Below, in pieces: positions 20,382 to 30,833 of a DNA stretch of 64,000 nt. The stretch covers positions 1,376,001 through 1,440,000 of the forward strand of contig CBDEFO010000008.1 of assembly GCA_965237525.1 (NCBI GenBank), written 5' to 3'. This DNA comes from Candidatus Latescibacterota bacterium. GTDB lineage: Bacteria > Latescibacterota > CBDEFO01. Position 1 is the first letter of the stretch. The number at the start of each line of letters is the position of its first letter. The position numbers and the translations under genes are program-made. The notes below the pieces were generated by a model. It was given only the letters and a program-made list of their open reading frames with translations, was not told the origin of the DNA and made no database searches.

Positions 20382-21683
20382 GGTTGAATATCAAATGAAA
20401 TCGGTGCACCTAATTTGATCTTTGTTTAGAGTATTAGTAGATTAAGTTGAGTTGATTGTCTTAACTTTAATCTACGGAGTCCTATGGACAAAGAGAGATT
20501 GGCCGTATTAAGACAAGAAGTCAACGAGATGTATTTTAAGAAAGAAATGTCAAAGCGAGAAGTTATCAAACAAGCGAGAGTTTCCAATGATTTCGTTACG
20601 GCTTGGACTAAATCTCCGGATCAGGATTTTGCCATGGATAATCGGGGTTGGCCAAAAGGAAAAAGGCAAAAATTGGCTAAAGTTGACGAACAGAGAATCA
20701 AAGAGATTTACCATAGCTTAGAGGACGATCCTTATCAGTTCTATTCAGGAGCCACTGTTATTGAACAAGAATGGAGGAATCGATATTCTAGCACCCCTCC
20801 TCCGTCGTTGCCGACTATCGGCAGAATGCTTTCAGATTTAGGACTTTCCCAGGGAAGGAAGAAAGGTAAAAACAAGGGTGCATCTCGTTATCTTTGTTAT
20901 CCAGAGTATACCATTTACTATCTTTCAGGAGGCAGAGTCCTAGAATCAGACTTTATTGGTAAAAAGTATCTTACCGGCAGAACTGAGCCGGTCAACTTCG
21001 TTGGATTTTCCTTTAAGAAAGAGCCTAAGTTAAGGTATTTTCGGCGGGTTGACGGTCAAACAGCAACTAACTTTATCGAGAAGTGTCAGTCTTTCTTTGA
21101 CAGGTTTGAAAAACCAGATTTCGTTAAGGTGGACAATTGCTCGGCGACTATTGGCAGTGTTTCAGGTAAAAGGAATGTCAGCAAAGCAATGCAGTTTCTC
21201 TTGAAAAATCAAGTGATTCCGATATTTGCCGTTCCCAGAAGGCCCTTTTCTCAAGCATCTATAGAAGGCAACAATTCTGTATTTTCAAGGAAGTTCTGGA
21301 ACAGAATTCAGTTCAAAAGCTTACAAGAAGTTGATCAGAAGTTAGAATGGTTTAATCTTTCATCACAGAGATACACCGGCTACCGTCCACCTAAGCAAGA
21401 GAAGTCAAACGAGAAAGATTTCATTCCCAAGACCTATTTTATCAGACAAGTCAAACAGGACACAGAACAGACAGATAAAGCCTTTATCGATGTCCTAAAT
21501 GAGAAAGTATCTCTTCCCTCCTCTTACACCAACTACTTTGTCCTGGCTGAATGGAACCTAAAAGAAGAACAATTATACATCCATTTTGAAAAAGAACAGA
21601 AACCAAAGATTGTCGAAAACCTATCATTCAAGATCAATCAAAGATCGAAAGAGAAGTGCACCGATTTCATTTGATAAATAACC
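20382..21683 (+). mobile_element. 1302-bp insertion sequence, copy A (rve/IS481-like DDE transposase)
   Basis: 28-bp TIRs GGTTGAATATCAAATGAAATCGGTGCAC / GTGCACCGATTTCATTTGATAAATAACC (25/28); near-identical copy at 50788-52089; flanks ATTAGC and CGTAGC do not match. Confidence 0.92.
20484..21674 (+). CDS. Transposase (HTH + integrase-core DDE)
   Basis: Candidate D (ESDF), D (VDN) and E (SIEG); stop codon lies inside the right TIR. Confidence 0.88.
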   Translation: MDKERLAVLRQEVNEMYFKKEMSKREVIKQARVSNDFVTAWTKSPDQDFAMDNRGWPKGKRQKLAKVDEQRIKEIYHSLEDDPYQFYSGATVIEQEWRNRYSSTPPPSLPTIGRMLSDLGLSQGRKKGKNKGASRYLCYPEYTIYYLSGGRVLESDFIGKKYLTGRTEPVNFVGFSFKKEPKLRYFRRVDGQTATNFIEKCQSFFDRFEKPDFVKVDNCSATIGSVSGKRNVSKAMQFLLKNQVIPIFAVPRRPFSQASIEGNNSVFSRKFWNRIQFKSLQEVDQKLEWFNLSSQRYTGYRPPKQEKSNEKDFIPKTYFIRQVKQDTEQTDKAFIDVLNEKVSLPSSYTNYFVLAEWNLKEEQLYIHFEKEQKPKIVENLSFKINQRSKEKCTDFI

Positions 21684-21841
21684 CGTAGCCTCTCCTATTT
21701 TTCCTGGAATTGTGCTTGATCTTGATAGGAAAATTTCGTAAATTCTCTCACTAATGAAAAAATTGAGTCTGTGTAATCAGCTAATCGAACTGTAGTTACT
21801 AAGAGAAGTGATCAGAAGTATTTATAGGAGGAGAAATCATT

Positions 21842-24370
21842 ATGACCGATTATCAACCGCTCGATCTGTCCTCTTTGTGCAACACGGGCATGGAGGTTTT
21901 AGGTGAAGGGAATGACGCCCCGGTGGGTTCTCAATCGTTTCGCGGACTGCCATTTCAGGTCGGTTCGCCTGAGGGAGACCGTAATCGATGCTTCCTCGCC
22001 TTCGGAGAGGGACACAAAAGCGAGCCGATGACTGTATCTATCAATCAGACTGCGAAGTCTGTGATCGTGGCTCACCGTCTGTTGGTATCCCCCATCATGG
22101 ATGGCGGGCCTGTCGGCACTTTGGTGGGAGAGTACGTCTTTCACTTAGAGGGAGGCGAAGAGGTCAGCGTTCCGGTGCGCGACCGCTTCGAAATCTCCGT
22201 AGCGCCGACATATTCTCTCAGATCTGGACCCGGGGGAGGTCTACCCTTCCTTGCGCTTCCCGACCAGAACGACAGTCTTGTGGACCGATACGAGGGACCC
22301 TGGGATAGCGCCGGCAGGCGTCAGACAGAGGCGTCACAGGGGTCGCCCCGCGGCTACTTTCTGTGGGCGTGGATGAACCCGGAGCCCCAGCGCGCCATCG
22401 TCTCGCTTGAGATCGTCCCGAAAGGTGGTCACCCTTTCCTGATTGCGGGCATTACGCTCGGTCACACAGACGAGTTCCCGTTCTCGCGAGAGGCAAAGCG
22501 AGAAGTAAAGATTACTCTGCCGCGGCCTGCAGATGCTCAAAAGCCGTTCGATCTGGAAGTTGAAGTGGATCGCGGTGTAGCGACCTATCCTTATGCTCTC
22601 CCCGAAAAGTCCTCCGACGAATTCTTGGACGACGACTTCAAAGGCTGGGGAGAGGAGCAGAACCCCAGGAGCAGTCCCAGCTATGTCGAGGTGGCGGCCA
22701 CGCCGTCTGCGACCGTCAGAGTAAAACAAGAGGGCGAGGTGCTCGGAGAGGTCAAGTGGGGCCAATTGGAGGAGAAGGGAAAATTAGAGCCGTCAGATCG
22801 CCTACATGTGGAGATCATCGACAAGGGTGTAAACTGGGTTCACACTACTGTCTTGGACGACGAAACAGGTAAGCCTGTACCCTGCCGGATTCACTTCCGC
22901 TCTCCGGATGGCGTGCCCTACGCTCCGCACGGGCATCACGCCCACGTCAACTCCAATATGGGGACATGGCATATTGACGTGGGTGGCGATCTGCGCCTGG
23001 GTCAGATAACTTACGCCTATATAGACGGCACCTGCCAAGGATGGCTGCCCAGAGGAGAGATGATCGTGGACGTCGCCCGCGGCTTTGAGTATGAGCCGCT
23101 CCGCACCAAGGTGGAGATCAAGCCCGGCCAGCGGGAGCTTACACTCCACCTGAAACGCTGGTGCAACATGAACAAGGAGCGATACTTTTCCGGCGACTCG
23201 CACGTGCATTTTCTCTCGGCGCAGGGCAGCCACACGGAGGCCAGAGGTGAGGACCTCAACGTCGTCAATCTGCTGCAATCTCAGTGGGGACACCTGTTCA
23301 CCAACACAGAGGAGTTCACCGGCGGGCCCAGCGTTTCAGAGGATGGTAGGAGCATCGTCTATGTCTCACAGGAGAATCGCCAGCACTTCCTGGGACATCT
23401 TATTTTGTTAGGACTCAAAAAGCCCGTGATGCCGTGGTGCAGTGACGGACCTTCTGAGGCGGAACTCGGCGGATCGTTGGAGATCACGATGTCCGACTGG
23501 GCGGATCAGTGTCACGAGCAGGGCGGTACAGTCATCATACCGCACCTTCCCAACCCCAACGGCGAGCCAGCTACCCTGATCGCGACCGGACGCACCGACG
23601 CAATCGAAATGCTGCGCCACGGTATGTACCAACACAATGAGTACTACCGCTATCTGAACTGCGGCTACCGTCTGCCCTTGGTCGGTGGCACTGACAAGAT
23701 GACATCGGACGTGCCTGTCGGAATCTACCGCACCTATGTCTATATCCCTCCGGACGAGGAGTTTACCTACGACAACTGGTGCCGGAACCTTGCAGCAGGA
23801 CGCACCTTCCACAGCGGGGGTCCCATACTCCAATTTACTGTGGACGGCCATCACGTTGGCGATACACTTCAGCTACCCGGCAACGGCGGCACAGTGGAGG
23901 TGGAAGCAACGGCGGAATCTATCCTTCCGATACATACGTTAGAGGTCGTGCAGGAGGGCCTCGTGGTAGCTTCTACAGAGGAGAAGAACGGAGCAAGGAG
24001 ACTCCATCTAAGAGCACCTGTGCAGATAGAAGGACACAGTTGGTTGGCCCTGAGGTGCAGCGGTCCCGGATACTCGACTGCCATCCCGCACTATGACGGA
24101 TGGAAACGCGGTATTATGGCTCACACTTCGCCGATCTACGTAGCCTGCGGGGGCAAGTGGTGGATGTTCAACCAGGAGTCCGCCGAGTATATGCTCACCC
24201 TGATAGAGGGCGGCCTTTCGTACATTGGAAATCTCAGCCGTCAGCACCGCCCGGGTACGGTCACACACCATCACGGGCAGGAGGATCATCAAGCCTATTT
24301 GGAGCGCCCCTTCATCGAAGCAAGGGAGGCTATCCACCGCCGAATGCACCAGTTGGGTGTTCCGCATTAA
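21842..24370 (+). CDS. CehA/McbA-family (PHP-like) metallohydrolase
   Basis: SGDSHVH, QENR..LGH, IIPH, GGTD, AHTSPIYV. Confidence 0.85.
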   Translation: MTDYQPLDLSSLCNTGMEVLGEGNDAPVGSQSFRGLPFQVGSPEGDRNRCFLAFGEGHKSEPMTVSINQTAKSVIVAHRLLVSPIMDGGPVGTLVGEYVFHLEGGEEVSVPVRDRFEISVAPTYSLRSGPGGGLPFLALPDQNDSLVDRYEGPWDSAGRRQTEASQGSPRGYFLWAWMNPEPQRAIVSLEIVPKGGHPFLIAGITLGHTDEFPFSREAKREVKITLPRPADAQKPFDLEVEVDRGVATYPYALPEKSSDEFLDDDFKGWGEEQNPRSSPSYVEVAATPSATVRVKQEGEVLGEVKWGQLEEKGKLEPSDRLHVEIIDKGVNWVHTTVLDDETGKPVPCRIHFRSPDGVPYAPHGHHAHVNSNMGTWHIDVGGDLRLGQITYAYIDGTCQGWLPRGEMIVDVARGFEYEPLRTKVEIKPGQRELTLHLKRWCNMNKERYFSGDSHVHFLSAQGSHTEARGEDLNVVNLLQSQWGHLFTNTEEFTGGPSVSEDGRSIVYVSQENRQHFLGHLILLGLKKPVMPWCSDGPSEAELGGSLEITMSDWADQCHEQGGTVIIPHLPNPNGEPATLIATGRTDAIEMLRHGMYQHNEYYRYLNCGYRLPLVGGTDKMTSDVPVGIYRTYVYIPPDEEFTYDNWCRNLAAGRTFHSGGPILQFTVDGHHVGDTLQLPGNGGTVEVEATAESILPIHTLEVVQEGLVVASTEEKNGARRLHLRAPVQIEGHSWLALRCSGPGYSTAIPHYDGWKRGIMAHTSPIYVACGGKWWMFNQESAEYMLTLIEGGLSYIGNLSRQHRPGTVTHHHGQEDHQAYLERPFIEAREAIHRRMHQLGVPH

Positions 24371-24393
24371 GTTCCAGGTAGAATCTTTACTTC

Positions 24394-24422
24394 AAAGCCC
24401 GGTCATTTGATCGGGCTTTTTT
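24394..24422 (+). terminator. Intrinsic terminator
   Basis: AAAGCCCGGTCATTTGATCGGGCTTTTTT. Confidence 0.8.
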
Positions 24423-24458
24423 ATCTTCGGATCTTATTCTATATTAGCAACTTATAAA

Positions 24459-24540
24459 TTTAGACAGACCTAAATATAAAATTTTGTGATTAAATGCTTG
24501 ACAAGGGTTAGTATATTTATTATTTTTAGGTGTACCTAAA
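24459..24540 (+). promoter_or_regulatory. Promoter flanked by two DtxR/MntR-type boxes
   Basis: TTTAGACAGACCTAAA 24459-24474; TTGACA 24498-24503; TTTAGGTGTACCTAAA 24525-24540. Confidence 0.75.
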
Positions 24541-24563
24541 TTTTGAATTTGAAGGAGTAAAAT

Positions 24564-25220
24564 ATGCTGAGCCAATCTGTTGAGGACTACCTGAAGATCA
24601 TATACAAATTGCAGAAGGACGAGGGGAAGGTAACTACCTCTGCCGTTGCGGAAAATGCCAACGTATCTGCTGCTTCGGTTACCAGTATGCTGGGCAAACT
24701 GACCGATATGAAATTAGTCGTCCATACACCCTACCGAGAGGTTAAACTTACGCCCTCAGGTGAGAAGATAGCTGTAGAGGTCATTCGGCACCACAGGCTC
24801 TTGGAACTCTATCTGTCTGAAGCTTTGGGCTACACATGGGATCAGGTGGACGCTGAGGCCGAGGAGTTAGAACACGTCATCTCCGAAGAATTTGAGAATA
24901 AGATTGACGAAGCCTTAGGGCACCCGACGACAGACCCGCACGGGGATCCCATACCCACAAAAGAGGGTCTCCTCGAAGAAGTAGATCACGGGAGTCTTTC
25001 AGACTCAGATGCCGGTCAGACCGTCACCATTTCGCGCATCAACGACCAGGACCCTGACATCCTTCGTTACCTGGCCAGCCTCGGCATCTTCCCCGGAGTC
25101 ATAGTCGCGGTTACCGAAAAGCTCCCTTTCAACGGCCCTATCCTCATCCAGATCGGTTCGGACAGACATACGTTAGGAAGGGAATTAGCAGATAAGATAT
25201 TGGTGGGTGCAGCGTCTTAA
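24564..25220 (+). CDS. DtxR/MntR-family metal-dependent repressor with FeoA domain
   Basis: EDYLK, RHHRLLE, EAEELEH, DPHGDPIP. Confidence 0.95.
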   Translation: MLSQSVEDYLKIIYKLQKDEGKVTTSAVAENANVSAASVTSMLGKLTDMKLVVHTPYREVKLTPSGEKIAVEVIRHHRLLELYLSEALGYTWDQVDAEAEELEHVISEEFENKIDEALGHPTTDPHGDPIPTKEGLLEEVDHGSLSDSDAGQTVTISRINDQDPDILRYLASLGIFPGVIVAVTEKLPFNGPILIQIGSDRHTLGRELADKILVGAAS

Positions 25221-25284
25221 CACTGGACAGCCAAGAGGCAAGAGGATGTGCCATGACTAACGTCTACCCACGTGTGAGGTTTTT

Positions 25285-26499
25285 ATGATGAATCCACTCA
25301 ACGTTTTACTGGTTATTATCGCTTTAGGTGCGGTTGGACTACTTCTATTCGGGCTTGGACGCGGTTTTTTCTGGCTTCGGCGGCTCCTTCGCTGGATGAC
25401 CGCAATAACGCACTCCGAATCACCCCACGGTTCTTCGCGTCGAGGTTTTCTGCTGGCAGGAGGAGCCGCCCTTCTTGGGGCATTGTGGGTCGGCGGGCGG
25501 CGTGCCTTCGGCCGTGGAATTCCTTCCTCCATCGGCCTTGCTGCACAAGCAGAGGAGCGGGGGGCAATACAACCAAAAGCGGAATTGCATGCCCATCGTA
25601 TGGGCACCGTCGGAGAGATTCAACCGGGTGACTTCGACCCGACACGCTACTTGACCGCCTGGAACTTTAATGATTTGCCCTCTGAAGAACGCCAGAACTA
25701 CTACCGTGAAACGCCACGACCCGACGGGACGCTCCTGCGGGAATATGAATTTATCGCAGTGGACAAAGAGATTGAAATTGCGCCCGGTGTCTTCTTCCCT
25801 GCTTGGACGTATAACGGGCAGGTTCCGGGTCCCACCATTCGCGCCACCGAAGGGGACAACATCCGCATTCTCTTCCGCAATCAGGGTTCCCATCCGCACA
25901 CCATTCACTTTCACGGCTGGCATCGCCCCGAGATGGACGGGGCTTTTCCGGATCAGTTCGTGCCTCCGGGGGGTGAATTTCTTATCGAATTTGACGCCGA
26001 TCCTGTTGGAATCCACCTCTATCATTGCCACTCGCTGCCGCTAAAACGCCATATCCACAAGGGTTTGTACGGTGTTTATATCGTGGATCCACGGGAACCG
26101 AGACCTCCTGCTCAAGAGTTCGTCATCATGATGAACGGCTTCGATACGAACTTCAATGGTGACAACGAAGTCTACTCGGCCAATACCGTTGCCTTTTACT
26201 ACATGAATCATCCGATTCAGGTCAATGTTGGCGAGCTGGTGCGCGTGTATCTGGTCAATGTCACCGAATTTGACCCGATCAACTCGTTCCATCTCCACGG
26301 GGCGTTTTTCGATGTGTATCGGACGGGGACGCGTTTGCACACGGATGAGTTCACCGATACGGTTATGATGTGTCAGGGGGAACGGGCGATTCTGGAAGTG
26401 ACGCTCCGGTATCCAGGGCGATACATGATCCATGCGCATCAGTCCGAGTTCGCCGAGCTGGGCTGGATGGGTATCATTCAGGCAGTAAGCGCAATATAA
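25285..26499 (+). CDS. Tat-exported two-domain multicopper oxidase
   Basis: SRRGFL; HTIHFH and HCH-x6-H-x4-L in domain 1; FHLH and HAH (no Cys) in domain 2. Confidence 0.9.
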   Translation: MMNPLNVLLVIIALGAVGLLLFGLGRGFFWLRRLLRWMTAITHSESPHGSSRRGFLLAGGAALLGALWVGGRRAFGRGIPSSIGLAAQAEERGAIQPKAELHAHRMGTVGEIQPGDFDPTRYLTAWNFNDLPSEERQNYYRETPRPDGTLLREYEFIAVDKEIEIAPGVFFPAWTYNGQVPGPTIRATEGDNIRILFRNQGSHPHTIHFHGWHRPEMDGAFPDQFVPPGGEFLIEFDADPVGIHLYHCHSLPLKRHIHKGLYGVYIVDPREPRPPAQEFVIMMNGFDTNFNGDNEVYSANTVAFYYMNHPIQVNVGELVRVYLVNVTEFDPINSFHLHGAFFDVYRTGTRLHTDEFTDTVMMCQGERAILEVTLRYPGRYMIHAHQSEFAELGWMGIIQAVSAI

Positions 26500-26521
26500 T
26501 ACGTACAAGGAGTCAGAAGCA

Positions 26522-27769
26522 ATGAACACGGATCCTCATCCCGAATCCAGAGATACATCACATCACGGGGAAAAAAGTCTATCGCACTGGGTTTTCATCT
26601 TTTTGCCGCTTGTCCTGCTGGGTATTTTGATCGTCATTCTCCAGGTCTATGGTCCTGGCAAAGCCTTGCGTACCCATTTCCCGCCCGTGGAGAAGATCGC
26701 GTTTCTGCGCATTGTGCTCCGGGACCAAGACGTGGCGCAAGAACGCCATAAAGAGATCATTTTGCACATCCTTAACGACGGCCCCAGTGAGGCGACCGTC
26801 GCGCAGGTGATGGTGGATGAAGCCTATTGGCCCTTTGAGATCAGGCCAAAGGCAGCACTTAACCACCTGGAGAGAGCGCAGATTCATCTGTTTTATCCCT
26901 GGGTGGAGGGCGACACACACGAAGTCACCCTCATAACCTCAACAGGACTGACGTTTAGCAAGGAGATTGAAGTGGCCGTGGAATCTCCAAGTCCCAATTG
27001 GAGGTATCTCGGCATCTTTTCCCTTTTAGGGGTCTATGTGGGTGTGATCCCCGTTTTCTTGGGGCTGCTCTGGTTTCCAGCCATGCGAAATGTGAGCACC
27101 CAAGGGTTGAATTTCCTTCTGAGCTTAACCGTGGGATTGCTGGTCTTTCTCGCAGTGGACGCTCTCCACGAAGCCCTTGAAGTCGCTGATGAATTGCCGG
27201 AGGCCTACGAAGGTGTTGCGCTGGTCGTGGCCGGATTTTCAGGCTGCTTGCTGCTTCTGATACTCATTTCTCAATGGTCGCGCACTCAGGCGGCGCAACG
27301 CGGTGAGACATACCAACGGATGGTACTCGCCTACATGATCGCCTTGGGGATCGGCTTACACAATTTAGGAGAGGGGCTTGCCATCGGTTCGGCATACGCG
27401 CTTGGGAACATCGCACTTGGAGGACTATTGGTGGTCGGATTTGCTGTTCATAATACGACCGAGGGGTTCGCCATCGTGGCTCCGGTTGCGAAACAGCGAG
27501 TCGCCTTTGCCAACTTCATCTGGATGGGAGCTCTTGCGGGTGTGCCGACGATTCTGGGCGCGTGGATCGGAGGCTTTACCTATTCGGCAGTCTGGTCTGT
27601 GCTGTTTCTTGGCATCGGAGCAGGGGCGATTGTGCAGGTCTCTTACGTCATCCTCCGTCAGATGGCACGCCAATCCGAAGACGCGGAGGTGCTGACGCCC
27701 CACAACTTCGTCGGCTTCTTTGTTGGCTTCTTGATTATGTACGCGACAGGGCTTCTGGTCACGTTCTGA
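26522..27769 (+). CDS. ZIP-family metal transporter with N-terminal extracytoplasmic domain
   Basis: GIGLHNLGEGLAIG and HNTTEG signatures. Confidence 0.9.
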   Translation: MNTDPHPESRDTSHHGEKSLSHWVFIFLPLVLLGILIVILQVYGPGKALRTHFPPVEKIAFLRIVLRDQDVAQERHKEIILHILNDGPSEATVAQVMVDEAYWPFEIRPKAALNHLERAQIHLFYPWVEGDTHEVTLITSTGLTFSKEIEVAVESPSPNWRYLGIFSLLGVYVGVIPVFLGLLWFPAMRNVSTQGLNFLLSLTVGLLVFLAVDALHEALEVADELPEAYEGVALVVAGFSGCLLLLILISQWSRTQAAQRGETYQRMVLAYMIALGIGLHNLGEGLAIGSAYALGNIALGGLLVVGFAVHNTTEGFAIVAPVAKQRVAFANFIWMGALAGVPTILGAWIGGFTYSAVWSVLFLGIGAGAIVQVSYVILRQMARQSEDAEVLTPHNFVGFFVGFLIMYATGLLVTF

Positions 27770-27806
27770 ATCCTTTTTTGATACCACTAATAAGGAGGGA
27801 AAGGAG

Positions 27807-28214
27807 ATGTTTCGGCCAAGTTTTCGGCAAAGAACTTCACAGGTAATCGTTTTTGCTCTGCTTTTGATAGGTATCACACTCGTCGCTGTCGCGGCTATGC
27901 GGGATAGGCCGAATACCATCCTCGAGGTCGTTGCAGAAAATTTTGTTTTCAGGGGAAATAATCCGACGCTTTACGCGAAGCCCGGCTCGAAAGTAAAATT
28001 AATCTTCCGCAATGAAGCGCATGGCATTGAACACCATCTCGCAATAGAGGGTCTCGATGTGGATACGGACATTCTTCGACCCGGGGAGCGTGAGGAGATC
28101 ATCTTCTCAGTGCCGCCGCGAGATACGATTCTGACCTATTCCTGTTATTTGCACCCAATAATGCAAGGTAAATTCGTGATCGGAAACCCGGATACCATTG
28201 TCACATCCCGATAA
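27807..28214 (+). CDS. Exported cupredoxin-domain protein
   Basis: Signal peptide; HHL...YSCYLHPIM type-1 Cu ligands. Confidence 0.85.
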   Translation: MFRPSFRQRTSQVIVFALLLIGITLVAVAAMRDRPNTILEVVAENFVFRGNNPTLYAKPGSKVKLIFRNEAHGIEHHLAIEGLDVDTDILRPGEREEIIFSVPPRDTILTYSCYLHPIMQGKFVIGNPDTIVTSR

Positions 28215-28246
28215 AATCGTACATAAAGCCCCCGGAGAAAGTTAAA

Positions 28247-28541
28247 ATGCTCAGCCAGACGATACAGGACTACCGGAAGGAGATCTACAAGCTTCAACAG
28301 GGCCGGGATCCGGTGGACTTGCTCAATCCCGTCCATGAGCGCCGAGCGGATGCAGGTGGCGGCAGCTTCGGCCATGAATATAATCAAAAAGCTTGCTCAC
28401 ATGAATCTGGTGCACTATATGTGCTACCACGGTAAGGAGATCAAGAGTGCCAAGTGGACTACGGTCTTATCGCTGCTGCCGGTGGGAATGGGGATTATCC
28501 TCTGCCTTTTGGTGGCCTCCCTGTGGCGGCTTTTTGCTTAG
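28247..28541 (+). pseudogene. Frameshifted DtxR N-terminus joined to a FeoB-like C-terminal fragment
   Basis: MLSQTIQDYRKEIYKLQ / AERMQVAAASAMNIIKKLAHMNLVHY..YHG, then abruptly KEIKSAKWT..LLPVGMGIILCLLVA. Confidence 0.7.
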
Positions 28542-29105
28542 CTTCCCTCCATACCCCCAAGTCATATATTCATAGTCGCAGGTGGCCACAACCCACCGAC
28601 CGCTGGTTCTTGCTGCCTGTAAGTTCTTATACCCTCTGGTGACCCCTATCTGGATCGCGTAAGGATCCTCAGACTCAAAGGCTCGCTAATGAAACCGGAA
28701 ACCTATAAGGTTCAAAATGGATAAAGCAACAGAACATCTAATTAAAGAATTGGAAATATTTGGAAGAAACAATGAGGGTTATTTCAACATCCCCCCAGAG
28801 ACCGGTAAGTTCTTTTACATACTGGTTTCGGCCTTAAGGCCCAATAACATTCTGGAAATAGGAACCTCCAACGGTTATTCGACTTTATGGCTGGCAGAAG
28901 CGGCTAAATCTTATGGCGGGAAGGTAACAACTATCGAAATCTCCGAATCGAAGGCGAAGATGGCAGCAGACAACTTCAAAAAAGTTGGATTAAGCAACAT
29001 AAAACTGATTCAGGGTGATGCGTTAGAAGAGATACCTAAGCTAATGGAAAAGTTTGATTTCCTCTTCCTTGATGCAGTTAAAAGCGACTACATTAGCTAC
29101 TTTAA

Positions 29106-30624
29106 AAGCCTTGTGAAAAACCCTTAGATTCAGAAAGTAGTATAGAACAAGCATTGATAAAGCAGCTCCGATGTATTATATTATGTTATTGATAATATTA
29201 TACATGGAGGAAACAATGACCCCACAAAAGCAGGAACAGACAAATCCGATGTTTCACTATTTTCAGATGGAGGATTTAGTTCCCGAGGATCATATCCTTC
29301 GTCAGATTGATGAGGCAGTTGATTTTTCATTTGTACGAGACGTTGTATCAGATTGTTATTGCCCTGACAATGGCAGACCCGGTATTGATCCTGAATTAGT
29401 TGTTCGAATGATCCTTATTGGCTATCTGTATAATTTGAGTGAGAATCGGCTCTGTCAGGAAGTGGGGATGCATGCGGCATATCGGTTGTTTTGTCATCAG
29501 ACATTTGATGATGCGGTTCCGGATAGGAGCACGATCAACAAGCTTCGCAATCACAAGTGGGCATCCAGTGGGTTGTTTGAACGGATAATGCGTCAGGTAG
29601 TCCAGTGTTGCATAGATGTCGGTCTTGTGAGCGGTAAACACCTTAGTGTCGACGGCACTCAGATACAAGCTGATGCTTCAGTGAAAAGTATTGAGCCGAT
29701 AGAACCCCCTGTTTCTCTTGATGATTATCTCAAGGGAATCGGTTTTGAAGGTGATAAGACAAAGGGTAGGTCCGGGCATCCTCAGGATAAAGACTTTCAT
29801 GGTGAAAAGTGGACGAACCAAACACACCGTTCGACTACAGACCCCGACGCGCGCTTATACAGCAAATCGAAGGGCAAAGGGGCTTTTCTCTCGTTTATGG
29901 GCCATGATCTGATCGACACAAAAAGCAGAGTAATCCTTGAGACTCAGGGCACGCAGGCGACAGGGACAGCAGAGCCCGAAAGTGCCCTTAAGATGGTAGA
30001 TGACCTTGAAACATACACCATGCCCAAAGACATTCAGACACTTAGTGCCGATACCGGTTACGGTTCTGGTAATTTTATCGCTGATGTACTTGACCGGGGA
30101 ATCATACCCCATATTCCTCTGCGAGCCGATGAGAAGATTGAACCGATTCCTACATGGAAAAACAAGACAAATTCAGCACATATTCAGGCCGAACGGGATA
30201 GAAAAGTGCGAGAGGCGAAAGCCAGAAATCATGCACGGTCTATCTCATTAACAGCTGACTACAAACTCTCCCGGAGACTCCGTAAACGCAGTGAACATAT
30301 CTTTGCTGAAGCCAGGCAACAACACGGTATGGGACGAGCCCGTTATAGAGGACCAGCCTCACTGAATGAACAGTTGAATCTTGTTGCAACAGTACAGAAT
30401 CTCAAGAGACTTGTATCTTTCATAAGAAGGGGGAAAGCGTCTATGTGTGCCCTGCCTGTCAAAGACAGTGCATCCTGTTCTTCAAACAGCTCCTATTCCT
30501 TGCTGACCAGAACTCTGATAAGACTGTTTTGCTTATTCCACAGCAAAACGATACGATATGCTACTCTTTGACCCATAATCGGCGCTTCAGACGCTGCCTG
30601 GGACATAACTATTTCACAAGGCTT
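29106..30624 (+). mobile_element. IS1182-family-like insertion sequence
   Basis: TIR AAGCCTTGTGAAA / TTTCACAAGGCTT; TTAA duplicated at 29102-29105 and 30625-30628. Confidence 0.92.
29171..30571 (+). CDS. IS1182-family transposase
   Basis: VPEDH, GRPGIDP, VDGT, STTDPDA, ADTGYG, R..SEH.FAE; the true start may be slightly downstream. Confidence 0.9.
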   Translation: MYYIMLLIILYMEETMTPQKQEQTNPMFHYFQMEDLVPEDHILRQIDEAVDFSFVRDVVSDCYCPDNGRPGIDPELVVRMILIGYLYNLSENRLCQEVGMHAAYRLFCHQTFDDAVPDRSTINKLRNHKWASSGLFERIMRQVVQCCIDVGLVSGKHLSVDGTQIQADASVKSIEPIEPPVSLDDYLKGIGFEGDKTKGRSGHPQDKDFHGEKWTNQTHRSTTDPDARLYSKSKGKGAFLSFMGHDLIDTKSRVILETQGTQATGTAEPESALKMVDDLETYTMPKDIQTLSADTGYGSGNFIADVLDRGIIPHIPLRADEKIEPIPTWKNKTNSAHIQAERDRKVREAKARNHARSISLTADYKLSRRLRKRSEHIFAEARQQHGMGRARYRGPASLNEQLNLVATVQNLKRLVSFIRRGKASMCALPVKDSASCSSNSSYSLLTRTLIRLFCLFHSKTIRYATL

Positions 30625-30833
30625 TTAAGCTGATGGAAGAAAAACTCACAAAAGACGCTCTAATAGTTGCCGACAATGCTGAAATGTTCAAGGACAGAAT
30701 GCAGGACTATCTTGAATATGTGCGGGATAAATACCAAAGCGTTTTAGTTCCAATAGGTACAGGTGTTGAGATGAGCCTACAATCAAGATGAAAATGGATA
30801 AACTTGCACATTTGATCACAAGGGAGTTGCCCT

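Larger units (their letters stand above)
28717..30791 (+). pseudogene. O-methyltransferase interrupted by IS1182-like element
   Basis: LEIGTSNGYS, FLDA; removing the IS and one TTAA restores ...SYFKLMEEKLTKDALIVADN...SLQSR*. Confidence 0.9.
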
